The notes under the pieces were generated by a model. The model saw only the letters and a program-made list of their open reading frames with translations. It was not told the DNA's origin and ran no database searches. A DNA stretch of 64,000 nt, taken from assembly GCA_964016885.1 (NCBI GenBank), contig OZ024741.1:28210001-28274000 (forward strand), read 5' to 3'. Positions within the stretch are counted from its first letter, which is position 1. Each line of letters begins with the position of its first letter. Shown here piece by piece: positions 1 to 12,929 of this stretch. Position numbers and translations under genes: made by a program. Source of the stretch: Eledone cirrhosa. Lineage: Eukaryota.

Positions 1-164
1 ATAGCAAATGTGTGTGTATTTTTATATATTTGTCCGTCAGGCATTAACGGAAGATGACTGAGGAAGGAAGGGGTGGTAATAAAACTATAGAAAACAGTCA
101 CCAGAGTTCTAAGATTCGCTACACGTGTGAGTGTATAAGTAGCGAACTGGCTACACACATTGGT

Positions 165-348
165 TATTGGCAGTATCGGTAGAGGGTCGGACGCCATGCT
201 TTGCAGCACAGAGTTACGTCCCTTTATGGTCTGAGTTCAAATCCCGCCAAGGTTAACTTTGCCTTTCATCCTTACGGGGTCGATAAAATAAAGTACCAGT
301 AATGAACTGAATAATTGGCGGCCTTGTGCCAAAAGTAGAAACAATTAT
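165..348 (+). mobile_element. tRNA-derived SINE, family A (~185 bp)
   Basis: A-box-like TGGCAGTATCGG and B-box GAGTTCAAATCC, conserved body (CCTTTCATCCTTACGGGGTCGATAAAATAAAGTACCAGT), tail AAACAATTATT. Other copies at approx. 1008-1192(-), 2170-2354(-), 3108-3294(-), 3339-3522(-), 4275-4497(+), 6994-7179(+), 28540-28722(-), 41594-41768(-, two pieces), 45798-45989(-), 47723-47941(+), 50395-50941(+, three copies), 59536-59698(+), 62414-62545(+). Confidence 0.9.
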
Positions 349-489
349 TGTGTTAGTGTTTATGTGTTTATATCACTTATTGTGAGTGTATGTGTGTGAG
401 TATATGTATGTTTGTGTGAATATATTTATACTTGTGTGAGCGTATGTGTGTATGTGCGTTTATATTCAAATACTCACACACACACACAA

Positions 490-527
<38 letters not shown>

Positions 528-528
<1 letters not shown>

Positions 529-710
529 GGAAAAGAGTCAGGACACTGACGGCTGAGCTCCGGCCGTTTCGACCGTTTCATTCGGAAGAAATCATCAGGA
601 AAGCCCAAGTTCTAGTACTGTAGAAGCCATTTCTATATTAAATATTTATACTCTGCTATGTATTGAGTACCTTACTTACTGTGGTTACCCCCGATTGAAC
701 CCGGGGTTAA
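528..710. mobile_element. Rearranged fragment of hammerhead-bearing repeat families A/B
   Basis: Minus strand reads CTTTC-CTGATGA-TTTCTTCCGAAT-GAAAC fused to GTC-GAAACGGC...GCCGTC. The plus strand continues AGTTCTAGTACTGTAGAAGCC..., matching 52573-52670. Confidence 0.7.
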
Positions 711-1682
711 CTCCCCCCCCCCATATATATATATATATAGAGAGAGAGAGAGTTCAAATGGGAGTGGTGAGGGGGATGGGGAATTGTAAGCTAGAGACAA
801 ATTCTCACAAAATAAGAAAGAAAAAATTGCTCATTCACATATTTTCCAAAAATTCCTGTTTGAAAGCCTAATACTCTGCTCTGTTTTTTTTTAAGTTTCC
901 CACCACAAAGGGACCTGTGACAGACAGGCTGAAAAACACATATACCACAACCCCCCACACACATGTGTGTATTTTTATATATACACCCTCATAACCATAA
1001 TAGAATAATAATTGTTTCTACTTTTGGTACAAGGCCAGCAATTACCCTGTGTTTTACTGGTACTTTATTTTATCGACCCCATAAGGATGAAAGGCAAAGT
1101 TAATCTCGGCGGGATTTGAACTCAGAATGGCAAGGCGTCAGAAATGCGTCAAAGCATGGCGTCCGACCCTCTACCGATACTGGCAATCCACCGAATTTCT
1201 TTGCCATAGAATTTGTCTCTAGCTTTCAATTCCCCACCCCTCGCCACCCCATTTGAACTCTTGACCAGTCAATTAATACAATCAGATATAAACACACATA
1301 TTTACAGAATATTTCCTTTGCCCTCAATAAACAATTTTGTTCTGTGAAGAAACACAACTACCAACCTGCTGCTACTATCATGACTACACACGCCTCTCTC
1401 TATTAACAAGAACTCATTCTCCAGCCCACCTCTGAGCAAGGAAGATGGAAAAAACTTACTCCACACTTAATGTTAAATATTTAATTTTTAGTTTTTAATT
1501 CTTATTAATTCTTTTTAATTGTAATACTCAACATTTAATAAGATGAATTTTAATAATACATCGAAACCGGTAATACTTTATATACTTTATATACTTTATA
1601 TACATTGTAAAACTTTTTTTAAAAAGAATTGTCCCTCTCACTTTTTCAATAATGTCACTTTGACGAATTAAAGAAAGGATAA

Positions 1683-1783
1683 AAAAAAAAGAAAAACAGA
1701 GCCTAAAATATATTTTCCGTGCTATTTCCAACTTCACCTTTTCTCTATCCACTGTTTTGTATAGAACCTTACTTCCCTTTTCT

Positions 1784-1840
<57 letters not shown>

Positions 1841-1971
1841 GTGTGTGTGTGAGTGTATATATATATATATAAGAAAAGGGAAGTAAGGTTCTATACAAAA
1901 CAGTGGATAGAGAAAAGGTGAAGTTGGAAATAGCACGGAAAATATATTTTAAGGTCTGTTTTTCTTTTTTT
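1683..1971. repeat. ~100-bp inverted duplication around a (CA)n(TA)n(TG)n spacer
   Basis: 1683-1785 is nearly the exact reverse complement of 1868-1971. Confidence 0.85.
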
Positions 1972-2579
1972 CATTTATATATATATATACATATACACAC
2001 ACCAAGATATTATCTTGCTTATCTATGTTAGTTGCAGGTAGTTTATCCACAAAAACATTTGTAATAAAAAAATTATTAAACTGAAAACTTGGTTTTGTAC
2101 CCTTTACATATATAAAATACCATAATTAGCCGTCATTTTTGACGGTACGGGGTCAGCTAGCTACTGTGATAATTGTTTCTACTTTAGGCACAAGGCCAGC
2201 AATTACCCAGTACATTACTGGTACTTTATTTTATCGACCCCGTAAGGATGAAAGGCAAAGTCAGCCTCGGCGGGATTTGAACTCAGATCGTAAAGGGACG
2301 TAACTATGCTGGAAAGCATGGCGTCCGACCCTCTATCGATACTGCCAATCCACCAAAACAGTTTCTCTGGGGCTAAAGCTGAAGAGTTGTAGAAACAATT
2401 CTAAATTACATGTGATATGTTTTTGAATTTATCAAACAAATGTTATAACCAAATATTAGTTACATTAGAATATATGAATTTTATATTTCCATATTATAAT
2501 TATAGGAAAATTAATTTGTATTAATTTTTACACATTTTTCGTTTTTTCCTATTAATATTATGATTTATTTTGTATGCTT

Positions 2580-2907
2580 TGCGTGGCATTGTGCTTTGTG
2601 TTTAGGGTATTCGGCTCAAGATCCTAAGGTCATGAGTTCAATTCCCAGCGGCGCGCCGTGTCCTTCAGCAAGACACTTTATATCATGTTGCTCCAGTCCA
2701 CTCAGCCGGCAAAAATGAGTTGTATTTTGTAATTCGAATGACCAGCCTTGTCACATTCTGTGTCACACTGAATCTCCCTGAGAACTACGTTATGTGTACG
2801 CGCGTTTGTGGAATGCTCAGCCACTTGCACGTTAATTTCACGATCAGGCTGTTCCGTTGATCGTATCAATTGGAACACTCATCGTCGTCGTAACCGACGG
2901 AGTACCG
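2580..2907 (+). mobile_element. tRNA-derived SINE, group B (CORE/V-like central domain)
   Basis: B-box GAGTTCAATTCCC followed by GTGTCCTTCAGCAAGACACTTTA...CTCCAGTCCACTCAGC. Related cores at 41790-42125(-), 46020-46230(+, partial), 47985-48240(-); 3' part at 62580-62735(+). Confidence 0.75.
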
Positions 2908-3524
2908 TAATTGGTAACCATTTAAAAAAGAAATATTTTTCCAGGTTTTGAAAACAAAAAAATACTATAAGCTATTTAATATTTTATTTCTCTGCTTCTA
3001 TAACAGTAAACATTGCTACTAATGTCCTCGGCATTTCTTTATCATTTTGCTAATTTTCATTTAAATGTAAATCTATTCCTAATTCGTGGTGTTAATTAAA
3101 ATAGAAAAATAACTGTTTCTATTTTTGGCACAAAGCCAGCAATTACCCAGTACATTACTGGTACTTTATTTTATCGACCCCGTAAGGATGAAAGGCAAAG
3201 TTGACCTCGGTGGGATTTGAACTCAGAATGGAAAGGGCCGTAACTCTATGCGTCAAAGCATGGCGTCCGACCCTCTACCTATACTGCCAATCCACATAAC
3301 TATAAATAATATTATATATATATTTATATATATATATATAATTGTTTCTACTTTAGGCACAAGGCCAGCAATTATCTAGTGCATTACTGGTACTTTATTT
3401 TATCGACCCCGTAAGGATGAAAGGCAAAGTCAACCTCGGCGGGATTTGAACGCAGATCATAAAGGGACGTAACTATGCTGGAAAGCATGGCGTCCGACCC
3501 TCTACCGATACTGCCAATCCACAT

Positions 3525-3570
<46 letters not shown>

Positions 3571-3644
3571 TTGTGTGTATGTGTGTGTATATATAATGAA
3601 TTAAAGTGTGGACGTTAGAAAACGTTCTATACAGGTTACGTTAT

Positions 3645-4037
3645 ATAAGGAAAATGATAATAAAAAAGGGTTAAAAAAGCGCACCTGGTATAGATAGAAA
3701 GAATCTTTATAACATTTACAAAAATTTATGTAAAAAATTGATGTTAGCAAAGTCTGCTTTTCCGTATTGGATTATCAAAACATTTGTCATTAGGTTAAAT
3801 TGTTTTTTCATTAAAACTCCTGTATTCTGATTCTCGACATTGTTGGTCGCTTCTGTCCTTGCTAAAGTAAGGGACATAATTTAACCTAATAAGAAATGTT
3901 TTGATAATCCAAAATGGAGAAAGCAGGCTTTGCTAACATAAATTTTGAACATGTTTTTGTACATGTTATAAAGCTCCTTTATATATATATATACCAGGTG
4001 TGCTTTTCAAACCCTTTTCTTTTATCATTTTCCTTTT
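3645..4037. mobile_element. Foldback/MITE-like element with long imperfect inverted arms
   Basis: 3706-3801 pairs with 3877-3973, and 3645-3692 pairs with 3990-4037. Confidence 0.7.
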
Positions 4038-6688
4038 ACACAATAAAACAAGTCCCGCTTAGGGCGAAAGCAAAAATTCATTGCTTAAACTTTTATTCCA
4101 CTCTGAAGCGTCAAAAGTTGCAATTCTAAGTAAGAAATATTTTGTTAGAAGAAGCAGCTTATTACTTCACCTTATTGCATGCTGTTGATTTTTCTTGGTT
4201 TTCTTTCTGTTATTAACCAGGCGTTATGTTTGTAATAAAATAAACTTTAATTCGTTATTTAATCTATAATAAAAGGTGGTGGATTGGTAGAGCGTCGCAC
4301 AACATGCTTTGCAGCATAGAGTTTATGGCTCTTTACGTTCTGTGTTCAAAACCCGCAGAGGTTAGCTTTACCTTTCATCCATACCGGGTCGATAAAATAA
4401 AGTAGCAGTAATGCACTGGGATCAATCTAATTGAACCCCCCCCCCCCCACAAAAAAAAAAAATTATTGGCTTTGTACCTAAATCAGAAGCCGTTGTTTAA
4501 TCTATTATACAAAATATATATTACAACATAAAATTTTGATCTATAGCAAGAGTTAATTTATCAGCAAGCCGTGATAGCGAATCGGTTTCGATGTTCAGTT
4601 GAAATCAATTAATTCATTCCACTTTGGAAACTTCATCAATAATGAAACCTCATTACAATTCTCTGTTGCAATTATTATTTTATACCGATTTCTACTGTCT
4701 CTATAATTATAGATTCCGCTTCAATTCTTTACAGAATTAAATATTAGAACCTCAATATTTTGTTCAGTTACTTTTTAATTCTTGTATTATATGGTTCATA
4801 AAATCACTATTCAGTAGAATTACTCAGAACTCTAACATTCTTGCATTGTTTCCTTCAAACATAAAACTTAAGCACGGAAATAAAATATCATTTCACAATA
4901 CTGTTGAAGTTCAGGGACAAAATAGATCAATTTAAAGGTTTGAATTTCTCCATTTTAAAAGCTTTCAACTGTCTTCTCTGAAACAAGAACAAAAGCATTA
5001 TCATGTTAAAATATTCTATTTCTCCTGCTGAGAAACTTTCTCTCCTTACTTTTCCGAAAAACTCTTTTCACTTCTTCAATGACAGGTAATCGTATTCGTT
5101 TATTTGCTATTCCTTTCTTCGATGATAACTTAGCAAAATCATTCAACTACCGGCAAATTGTCATCAAAGCGATTCTCCGTTTGTATCACGCCTCGAATAC
5201 ACTTGAAACTGCCGATAGAAATTAAAATATTGTGGTCGAATAACAATTAAACGTATAGTGCAAATTTTATTTCCAATTCTTTGTCCAACATAAAATAGAT
5301 CTTGTAACTTTAAGTTGAAGTGCATTGTTTAACTTGTACATTTGATTTATTGGTGTCTTCGTTGAAACTCTTCACTTTCTTCTTTGGAAATTCTTCATTG
5401 TACACAGTTTCAGATGAACATCAACTACGTCAATCACATAAGTACATAATGGCATTCTACAATCGTGACAACTAACTTACTTCCTCTCACTTAATAATAG
5501 ATGCGACGATTGATTCTTAAGTAACTTCTTGAGCCCTGGAAGACAGATACTGGGTTTGGGATTCTGATTTATTTTAAAATGTTTTCTTTTTTCATGAATT
5601 GCCATTGGAATCTCAATATTGCACGTCGAACCAAGGGAGTAAGACGATGGGAGGTAGTTTAGAGCTACGTTCAATAGAATCCCTATGGTTTTAGGTTTGA
5701 TTTGTCTCTCATTAACAATCAACTTACTATGATATTTAAGTCACACTTCAATACAGATACTTCCACTGATAATTAAAACAATATCAATTTTAGTTTTTAA
5801 CGTTTAGTCAGGGTGGCGGAGGAAAGAGTTCATGAAGCTTTTCATGGCTCCTAAAAACTGTTCTAAGACTGTTCCAGATTTTCCGTTTGCCTTTTCTTTT
5901 TTCTTCTTTTTTTCTCTCCGCTCTCGTGATCATCAACCTTCCACTCTTATAACTGGTATCTAACAAGAAAGCGCCGTTACAAACTGGTACATTTAGATAA
6001 AAAGTACGACATGAATATTATGCACTATAAGTCGTTAAGTGTATCAATGGAATATAAACTTGGAACTCTCCTCTCTTGAAGATTTAATTCGACTCTATAT
6101 TATGCATTTAAAATTTATAACGCGATATTTTGGGGTTTATTATAAAAATATAGGATAGTGAAACTAAATTTCAAAATTACTTTCGTTTATTCAAAGTATA
6201 TTAATTTAAAAACTAAACATTCAGTTTATACATAAACATATTATATCAACTATACTTTACAAACATACGTTATACAATGATGGAAATATGAAGAAAAAAC
6301 AAAGATAAAAACAGAAAGGGATTTATATGTATTTCTCTTGACTAACAAACAGAACCATGTTTGGGTTGAGAATAATCATTATATCTATGCTTATAAGTAT
6401 ACCTGAGAGAAATTATATTTATCCCGAAACCTTGCGTTCGAACCCTCATGGGGTGATAGACTTAATCTGTAGCCCAATTTAACACAACACTTGGGTGATT
6501 GAGCATTCAGCAGAGCTTACCCCGACACAAATTTCCGGTCCAGGTCTTCTATATGAATATAACATCCTTTCACCTTACAACCAGTAACTGAGTCCCTGAC
6601 GATAATATGGACAATGTCCTAACTTCCCTCATTAAATAGTAAAATGTTGCTACAATGATCCTATCATTACGTACAAATCTACCACTGA

Positions 6689-6872
6689 CGAGGGTCGACT
6701 GAAAAGTTAATAGGCTGAAAATTTCACAGGCTGACCAAGATACTCTCATGGAATGTCTAAAGGAGGTCTATTTTTCAACATAGTCCCTGGAAAGAAATTA
6801 ATGCACTCGAGATTTCAGAGCACAAGCACCACTTCTTCATAGTCAGCCTGTGAACATTTAAGTCGATCCTCG
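6689..6872 (+). mobile_element. Tc1/mariner-type MITE
   Basis: TIRs CGAGGGTCGACTGAAAAGTT / AACATTTAAGTCGATCCTCG, similar to mariner ends. Second diverged copy at ~58591-58807(-). Confidence 0.7.
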
Positions 6873-7513
6873 CTAAATGTGAAGTCCGTTCTGCTAAGCA
6901 GGCCCATGCTACTGTATCCGTAGACTAGTTATAAACTTGGATAATATTAATTGTATCTACAACGTGTATTGATTGCATCCATTATTTGGACGTTGGACTG
7001 GCAGTATCGGTAGAGGGTCTGACGCCATGCTTTACAGCAAGAGTTACGGCCCTTTATGGTCTGAATTCAAATCCCGCCGAGGTTAACTCTACCTTTCATC
7101 CTGACGGGGTCGATAAAATAAAGTACCAGTAATGTACTGGTATAATTGCTGGCCTTGTGCCAAAAGTAGAAACAATTATTTGGGCGTTAAATGTTGTACA
7201 TTGTAATACGTGGCGGAAATACGCTGTAAATTCTGTGCAAGGTTTCAACAGTCTTAGAATATAAAAGAATGCTTGCGGCAAGATCAGTATACAGAATTCT
7301 TCTACTTCGCTAATGTACTTATATGGATTTTGTAGTAAGTAGAAGAACTGTATCCGAATCCAAATAATATCGGCTATAAATTTCAGAACTATGAATAAAT
7401 TTGAGTGATTCCCGACAAGAGTTGTGATTAACCTTTCTTCACAACTTCCTTCCTTGTAGTATTTCAGTAATCTATACCAACTAATTGTGATATATATATC
7501 CATAAATCCCCTG

Positions 7514-7606
<93 letters not shown>

Positions 7607-8016
7607 TTTGGTTTGGTTTGGTGGTTCACCACTGGATAGAATTGGTCATTCCGAATAGCCAACCTTGATGTAATATGAAAAGCACTCGACGCTTTGCACC
7701 TCATGCATCTTTGACGTTGAATCTTGTTGGTGGTGCGAGAACGGAGTTAATTATTATTGAGTAAAATGATAGGAGGCCGGACTGGTAAAATTCCTTCAAA
7801 GATTTATTTTAGCAAACACTGTACATTTCAGTGGCCAGGTTTCATATGATCCTGGTGACATCATCAGGTGTTTATTGCATAATAGTTATAATAAAGGAAT
7901 AATGGTAAACACAATCCAAGAGGCTATAAGGAGAGAAAGCAGATGAAAAAACATAGAAATATGTTTTTGACTGGAAGGCGATCAAGAGTGCCAGTTGTTG
8001 CCAGTTTGGCTGAGCG

Positions 8017-8567
8017 CCTTCGAGTGAGAATTCTCATCAAGTTTGTCTTACCGGTTTGATCAGGGGTTTGTATGCTTTGTATGCTTGTTAATACCACCCT
8101 GCCGGTTTGGTCAGGGGTTTGTATGCTTTGTATGCTTGTTAATACCACCCTGCCGGTTTGGTCAGGGGGTTGTATGCTTTGTATGCTTGTTAATACCACC
8201 CTGCCAAGGGTACGACCGCAAACCTGTCGGAGAGCGACCGGTACTTAGGAGAAGGACGCTTTTATATAAAAAATTATATATATCTTTGATAGTCATAATA
8301 AAAGGTCTAGTTTCATCGTTGTGTGTTTGTGATGTAGAGAAACGAGTGTGGCTTGTCTATCGTTAGCTACTGAGATAATAGCTTCACAGTCACCACAGGT
8401 TCATAAACCCACGAACACTCCGAAGTAAAATCTCATATCTAGAATAGAGAAATTTATATTATTTCCAAACACTCCTGGAATCGTCCACATTCTCGATATG
8501 AGATTTAAGCATACACCCCTCTGACCAAACAGGAAAGGCAAAATTGATGAGAATTCTTACTCGAAGG
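8017..8567. mobile_element. MITE-like element with ~60-bp TIRs and an internal 51-bp minisatellite (3 copies, 8051-8204)
   Basis: CCTTCGAGTGAGAATTCTCATCAA... at 8017 and its reverse complement ending at 8567. The tandem unit overlaps the inner part of the left TIR. No TSD seen. Confidence 0.7.
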
Positions 8568-8748
8568 AGGAAGTGGCAGAAAGTGGAAGTGATAAGCAAG
8601 AGCGACGGAGAGGAAGATTGCTGCTTCTTTTCTTCACTTACCCCTTCTCCTACCCATCGATCTTGCCTGGTTTGTATAGCTGGATGCCCTCATTAATTGG
8701 CATTTACAGTGTGGGCTGGGCGCTTTTTATCGTAATACCAACATGAAT

Positions 8749-8813
<65 letters not shown>

Positions 8814-8827
8814 TTAATATAGATGAT

Positions 8828-8874
8828 ATTCTACAGGACTAGAACTGTTTCATTCTTTAGAAATCATCAGGAAT
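8828..8874 (-). ncRNA. Type I hammerhead ribozyme, family A
   Basis: ATTC-CTGATGA-TTTCTAAAGAAT-GAAAC-AG-TTCTAGTC-CT-GTA-GAAT. Stem I ATTC/GAAT, stem III ACAG/CTGT, GUA cleavage triplet. Confidence 0.8.
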
Positions 8875-9460
8875 CTGGCTGTCCAAAATAAATGCTGTGG
8901 TATTTATATCTTTTCTGGTGGTAGGAGAGGGTGGGGAGTGGGATGGGTGGAGGTCATTGGTTGAAAGAAAAGGGAATTCATTAAAAGCTAATTCTTTAAG
9001 GCTATAATTTATATTTAGAGTGACAAAGGCAGAAAGAATTCTATAAACAAGTTCTGAATGGGGTGGCACTCATTATTTTTAAGTTTCTCTTAAGCTAACA
9101 ATGCCTATATTTCAGGGGTCTATAAGATGGTTGGGGATCGGTCATGGTTGATTTAAAGAAAAGGGAAATTCTTTAAAAGCTAATTCTTTAAAGCTCTACT
9201 TACAGTGACAAAGGCAAAGAGAATTCTATAAATCAGTTCAAATATTGGGTGTCTATCATTATTGTCATGTTTCTCTTAAGCTATATTTCAGGTGTCAACA
9301 GACACATTCACATACACACACACACACATATATATATATATAAATATACACATATATAAACTTCACAAACACATCTACACATATACACATATATACACAT
9401 ATACATAAATACATAAATACACATACACAAATATATATATACACATATATATATATATAT

Positions 9461-9589
<129 letters not shown>

Positions 9590-9593
9590 CATC

Positions 9594-9631
<38 letters not shown>

Positions 9632-9693
9632 AAAGACGTAAAATAAGAAAATAAAAAAAAAAAATTTTTTAAATTAACTTACTAAAATTTTCA

Positions 9694-9773
9694 CTCCAAC
9701 TAATTAGTTTCTGCAATGGGATAAAGACAGTTACGTAATGAACTGTTGAGAATTTCATTGCGTCATCAGTGAG
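9694..9773 (-). ncRNA. Type I hammerhead ribozyme, family C (stem I mismatch)
   Basis: CTCA-CTGATGA-CGCAATG...CATTGCA-GAAAC-TAATTA-GTT-GGAG. Confidence 0.75.
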
Positions 9774-10240
9774 GTCTATTCTCAGCCAAGTCTCCAGGCA
9801 ATGCGCGGACACTGGGGACTCATATAAAAATAATAATAATTCGGTAAATGGAACAGCTATCGGGGACTGGATTCCAAGTACTGAAAATCTCGCTCCCACT
9901 GGTCAAATGGCCGATTCTAAAGAATCAATCACGTGACACTGAGGCTAGTCGGTAGGAGTGGGATGGTAAGATGACAGACGCCTACTAACACACCAAAAAT
10001 TTAGTAGTGGTTTTGGCAGGTTTGCTCGACAAATCAGTGATTTGGAGATAAATATAGATAATTTAATATATCTACTAACATAAGCGCACAGATGTACGCT
10101 AATGCCAGCAAATACACAGGTTATATCATAGTACCTAGGTGGTTCAATGCAGGAGGATGCAGAACAATAATATAAAAGACGTAAAATAAGAAAATTTTAA
10201 AAGAAATTTTAAAAAATTAACTTACTTACTAAAATTTTCA

Positions 10241-10320
10241 CTCCAACTAATTAGTTTCTGCAATGGGATAAAGACAGTTACGTAATGAACTGTTGAGAAT
10301 TTCATTGCGTCATCAGGGAG
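10241..10320 (-). ncRNA. Type I hammerhead ribozyme, family C
   Basis: CTCC-CTGATGA-CGCAATG...CATTGCA-GAAAC-TAATTA-GTT-GGAG. Palindromic stem III AACTAATTAGTT. Confidence 0.85.
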
Positions 10321-10436
10321 GTTTATTCTCAGCCAAGTCTCCAGGCAATGCGCGGACACTGGGGACTCATATAAAAATAATAATAATTCGGTGAATGGAA
10401 CAGCTATCGGGGACTGGATTCCAAGTATATATATAT

Positions 10437-10705
10437 ATTTATTAAAATAACAGATTAAAGTTTAAGCAAAGAATCGCTGCTTTCACCCTTAACGAGATCT
10501 TCTGAAACTAACAAAGTCAATCTGTGAACGCAGAAGTAAATATGTTTCAGAAGATCCCGTTAAGGGTGAAAGCAGCGATTCTTTGCTTAAACTTTAATCT
10601 GTTATTTTAATAAATATTTGCTCTACGGTTCTTATATATTTGATATATATTTATCCTTATCGAGCCCTCTTTGGATTTTAGTCTTCAAATTTATTATTAT
10701 TACTA
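10437..10705. mobile_element. Palindromic fragment of family D repeat with two U4A hammerheads (10453-10522 minus, 10544-10592 plus)
   Basis: AGTTT-CAGAAGA-TCCCGTTAAGGGT-GAAAGCA-GCGATTCTT-TGCTT-AAACT. The same family occurs at 33391, 36470, 37656 and 45260. Confidence 0.7.
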
Positions 10706-10903
10706 TATATATATATAAATTAATAAAAACAATGAATAAAAACAAAGAAACATTTCCTTATATTAAAAAATTCATCATTTTACGATCGTTTCTAGGATAT
10801 ATATGTGTGTGTTGGTATGTATATCATATAGATCTATGTAAACATTTTTCAAACTATCAGAGGGAATATACATACCTACACATATATATGCTGTCTTCAG
10901 AAA

Positions 10904-11011
10904 TAATTGTTTCTACTTTTGGCACCAGGCCATAAATTATCCCAGTGCATTACTGGTACTTTATTTTATCGACCCCGTAAGGATGAAAGGCAAAGTTAAC
11001 CTCGGCGGGAT
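10904..11011 (-). mobile_element. 5'-truncated SINE A with 9-bp TSD
   Basis: TSD AGAAATAAT at 10899-10907 and 11012-11020. The copy begins at ATCCCGCCGAG. Confidence 0.85.
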
Positions 11012-11424
11012 AGAAATAATGATATTTGTTTATTGAAAAAAACCAACAAAGATTTAATATAATAGGTCTGTTTGGGAACAGGTTTTGAATTGACCAATAG
11101 AAAAGTAGTAAGTGGTCAAGTTGATAGAATAGTAGTAGTAGAAATTCAATTTAGGGGTAGAGGAATGCAGACTTCAGTTTTGAATGGAAAGAATACTTTG
11201 AATGAAAAGATTACTTTGGGGATGAAAAGAGGCCAAGCCGGTGAAAGGTACACGAAAATTTGATGTTATTAAAGAATAATGCTAATGTTAAAATCGAAGG
11301 AGAATAACATTTTAGGATAAACGTGTTAGTGAGAAATACCAATCTTATTTAAAACAAGGAATTTAGATCTATAAAAAGAAATTAAATTAATTTAATTGAT
11401 AGGTATACTTATAGGGATATTAGA

Positions 11425-12590
11425 TAGGGCTAGACATAAGATAGGGAAAGCCACCTCATGGTACGACAACCAGAGATACCAGAGTGTCATGTTTGTGGAC
11501 GCTACCCCTGGAGGGAAATTAGCTAACCAGTGTACCCACTTAAAGATTAAGGTGGTAGAAAAGCCAGGAACCACCATAAAATCCCTGATCAGCAAAACCT
11601 ACCCTTTTAAGAAAACCCACTGTACTAATAGGAAATGTATCATATGTAAGGTAAACCCCCGGATAAACTGTAAAACTAGAAACGTAGTCTATAGCATAAG
11701 ATGTACAGAGGTTACTTGCAGAAACATGACAACAACATACATAGGTGAGACAGCTCGTAGCATAGGTGAAAGGATAGACCAACACTGGGGGAACTAAAAG
11801 GACGAAAAAACGGGTCAGTACTATACGAACATGCCAGACAACAACACGACGGTAACATAGACAACATAGAAATTAGAATAATATCTAAACATAGAAATGA
11901 TCCAGCAGATAGGCAAATCAGAGAGGCCAGTGAAATAGAACTTAGAAGGCCAAGACTAAACAGAAAGAATGAATGGAATAACAACAACACCCAAACAAAC
12001 AACACTGACCTAAGAGAAGTATAAATAAATAAATAAATAGATAAATAAATAAATAAATACATACACAAGCACAATAACAACAAACACATATAAACACACA
12101 CTAGTAAAGATAGAATACATTAACCGATACACAGTCACCCAATCACGAACACACATCAAACAAAACACTATACACACACGCAAACGCATGCGCAAAGAAG
12201 ACAAAATAAAATAAACAAACAAACAAATAAATAAATAAATATATAGACAGACTAAATAAAAATGGTGTAGACATACAATGTAACGGGAGGAAACAATAGC
12301 ACCACTGACGATGTTGCAGATTTGCAACGAAAGAACTTTGATAAACTATATATATGTGTTTGTGTCTATATTGTATTTGTGTTATTTTTGACCGTCGGTC
12401 AGTCAATGGCAACATTGAGGACCGAATAAATTAGATTACCGATATAAAAGAGACAGAAGCGAAAAGCGAAAACCAACCAAACAGTGAGTGTGTTCTGTTA
12501 TTAATTCTGGCAATATTACACAAATATGACCTTCCCCAAGTATAACAATATTTGTTTCGACACACGATTTCATATAAAAAACCTCTCAAA
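11425..12590 (+). pseudogene. Penelope-like element 3' fragment (Cys-rich linker + GIY-YIG endonuclease, frameshifted) plus 3' UTR/pLTR; clade distinct from the 16-23 kb element
   Basis: SVMFVDATPGG, CxxxxCxxC, VVYSIRC, YIGETARS..ERI..H; 1-nt deletion near 11790; continues to RQIRE..I...PRLNRKNEW. Confidence 0.85.
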
Positions 12591-12929
12591 ACTAATTCAT
12601 CGCCCTTATAGGGATAAATTTATATTAATTCATATAGATGTGATAAATAAGAGTTAGATGTTATTAAAGAATGTTGTTAAAAACGAAGGAAAAACATTTT
12701 TGGGGGGATAAATGTATTAGTGAGAAATAACAATCTTATATAGACTACAAGGAATTTAGATTCATAACAGGAAATTAAAATAGTTTATATGTATACTTAT
12801 AGGTATTAATTTTAGGAAAAGATAGCTGTAACAGGGAAATAAAATTATGAAGTTCTCAGTAGTAAAATACTAATTATAGGTTAACTAAATTTAAAAAGCT
12901 AATTATAATAATTTGTAAAATATAAGTGT

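Larger units (their letters stand above)
9631..10426 (-). mobile_element. Retrozyme-like partial tandem repeat (unit ~547 bp), family C
   Basis: 9632-9880 is repeated at 10175-10426. One HHR per unit, no ORF, flanked by (TA)n. Confidence 0.8.

Noticed and set aside
165-250. tRNA gene calls in SINE heads
   Set aside because: A and B boxes are present, but there is no complete cloverleaf and each is fused to a SINE body
7825-7872. Minus-strand CTGATGA...GAAAC
   Set aside because: Stems I and III could not be closed convincingly
8051-8204. CRISPR-like array
   Set aside because: Contiguous tandem repeats with no unique spacers, in a eukaryotic context
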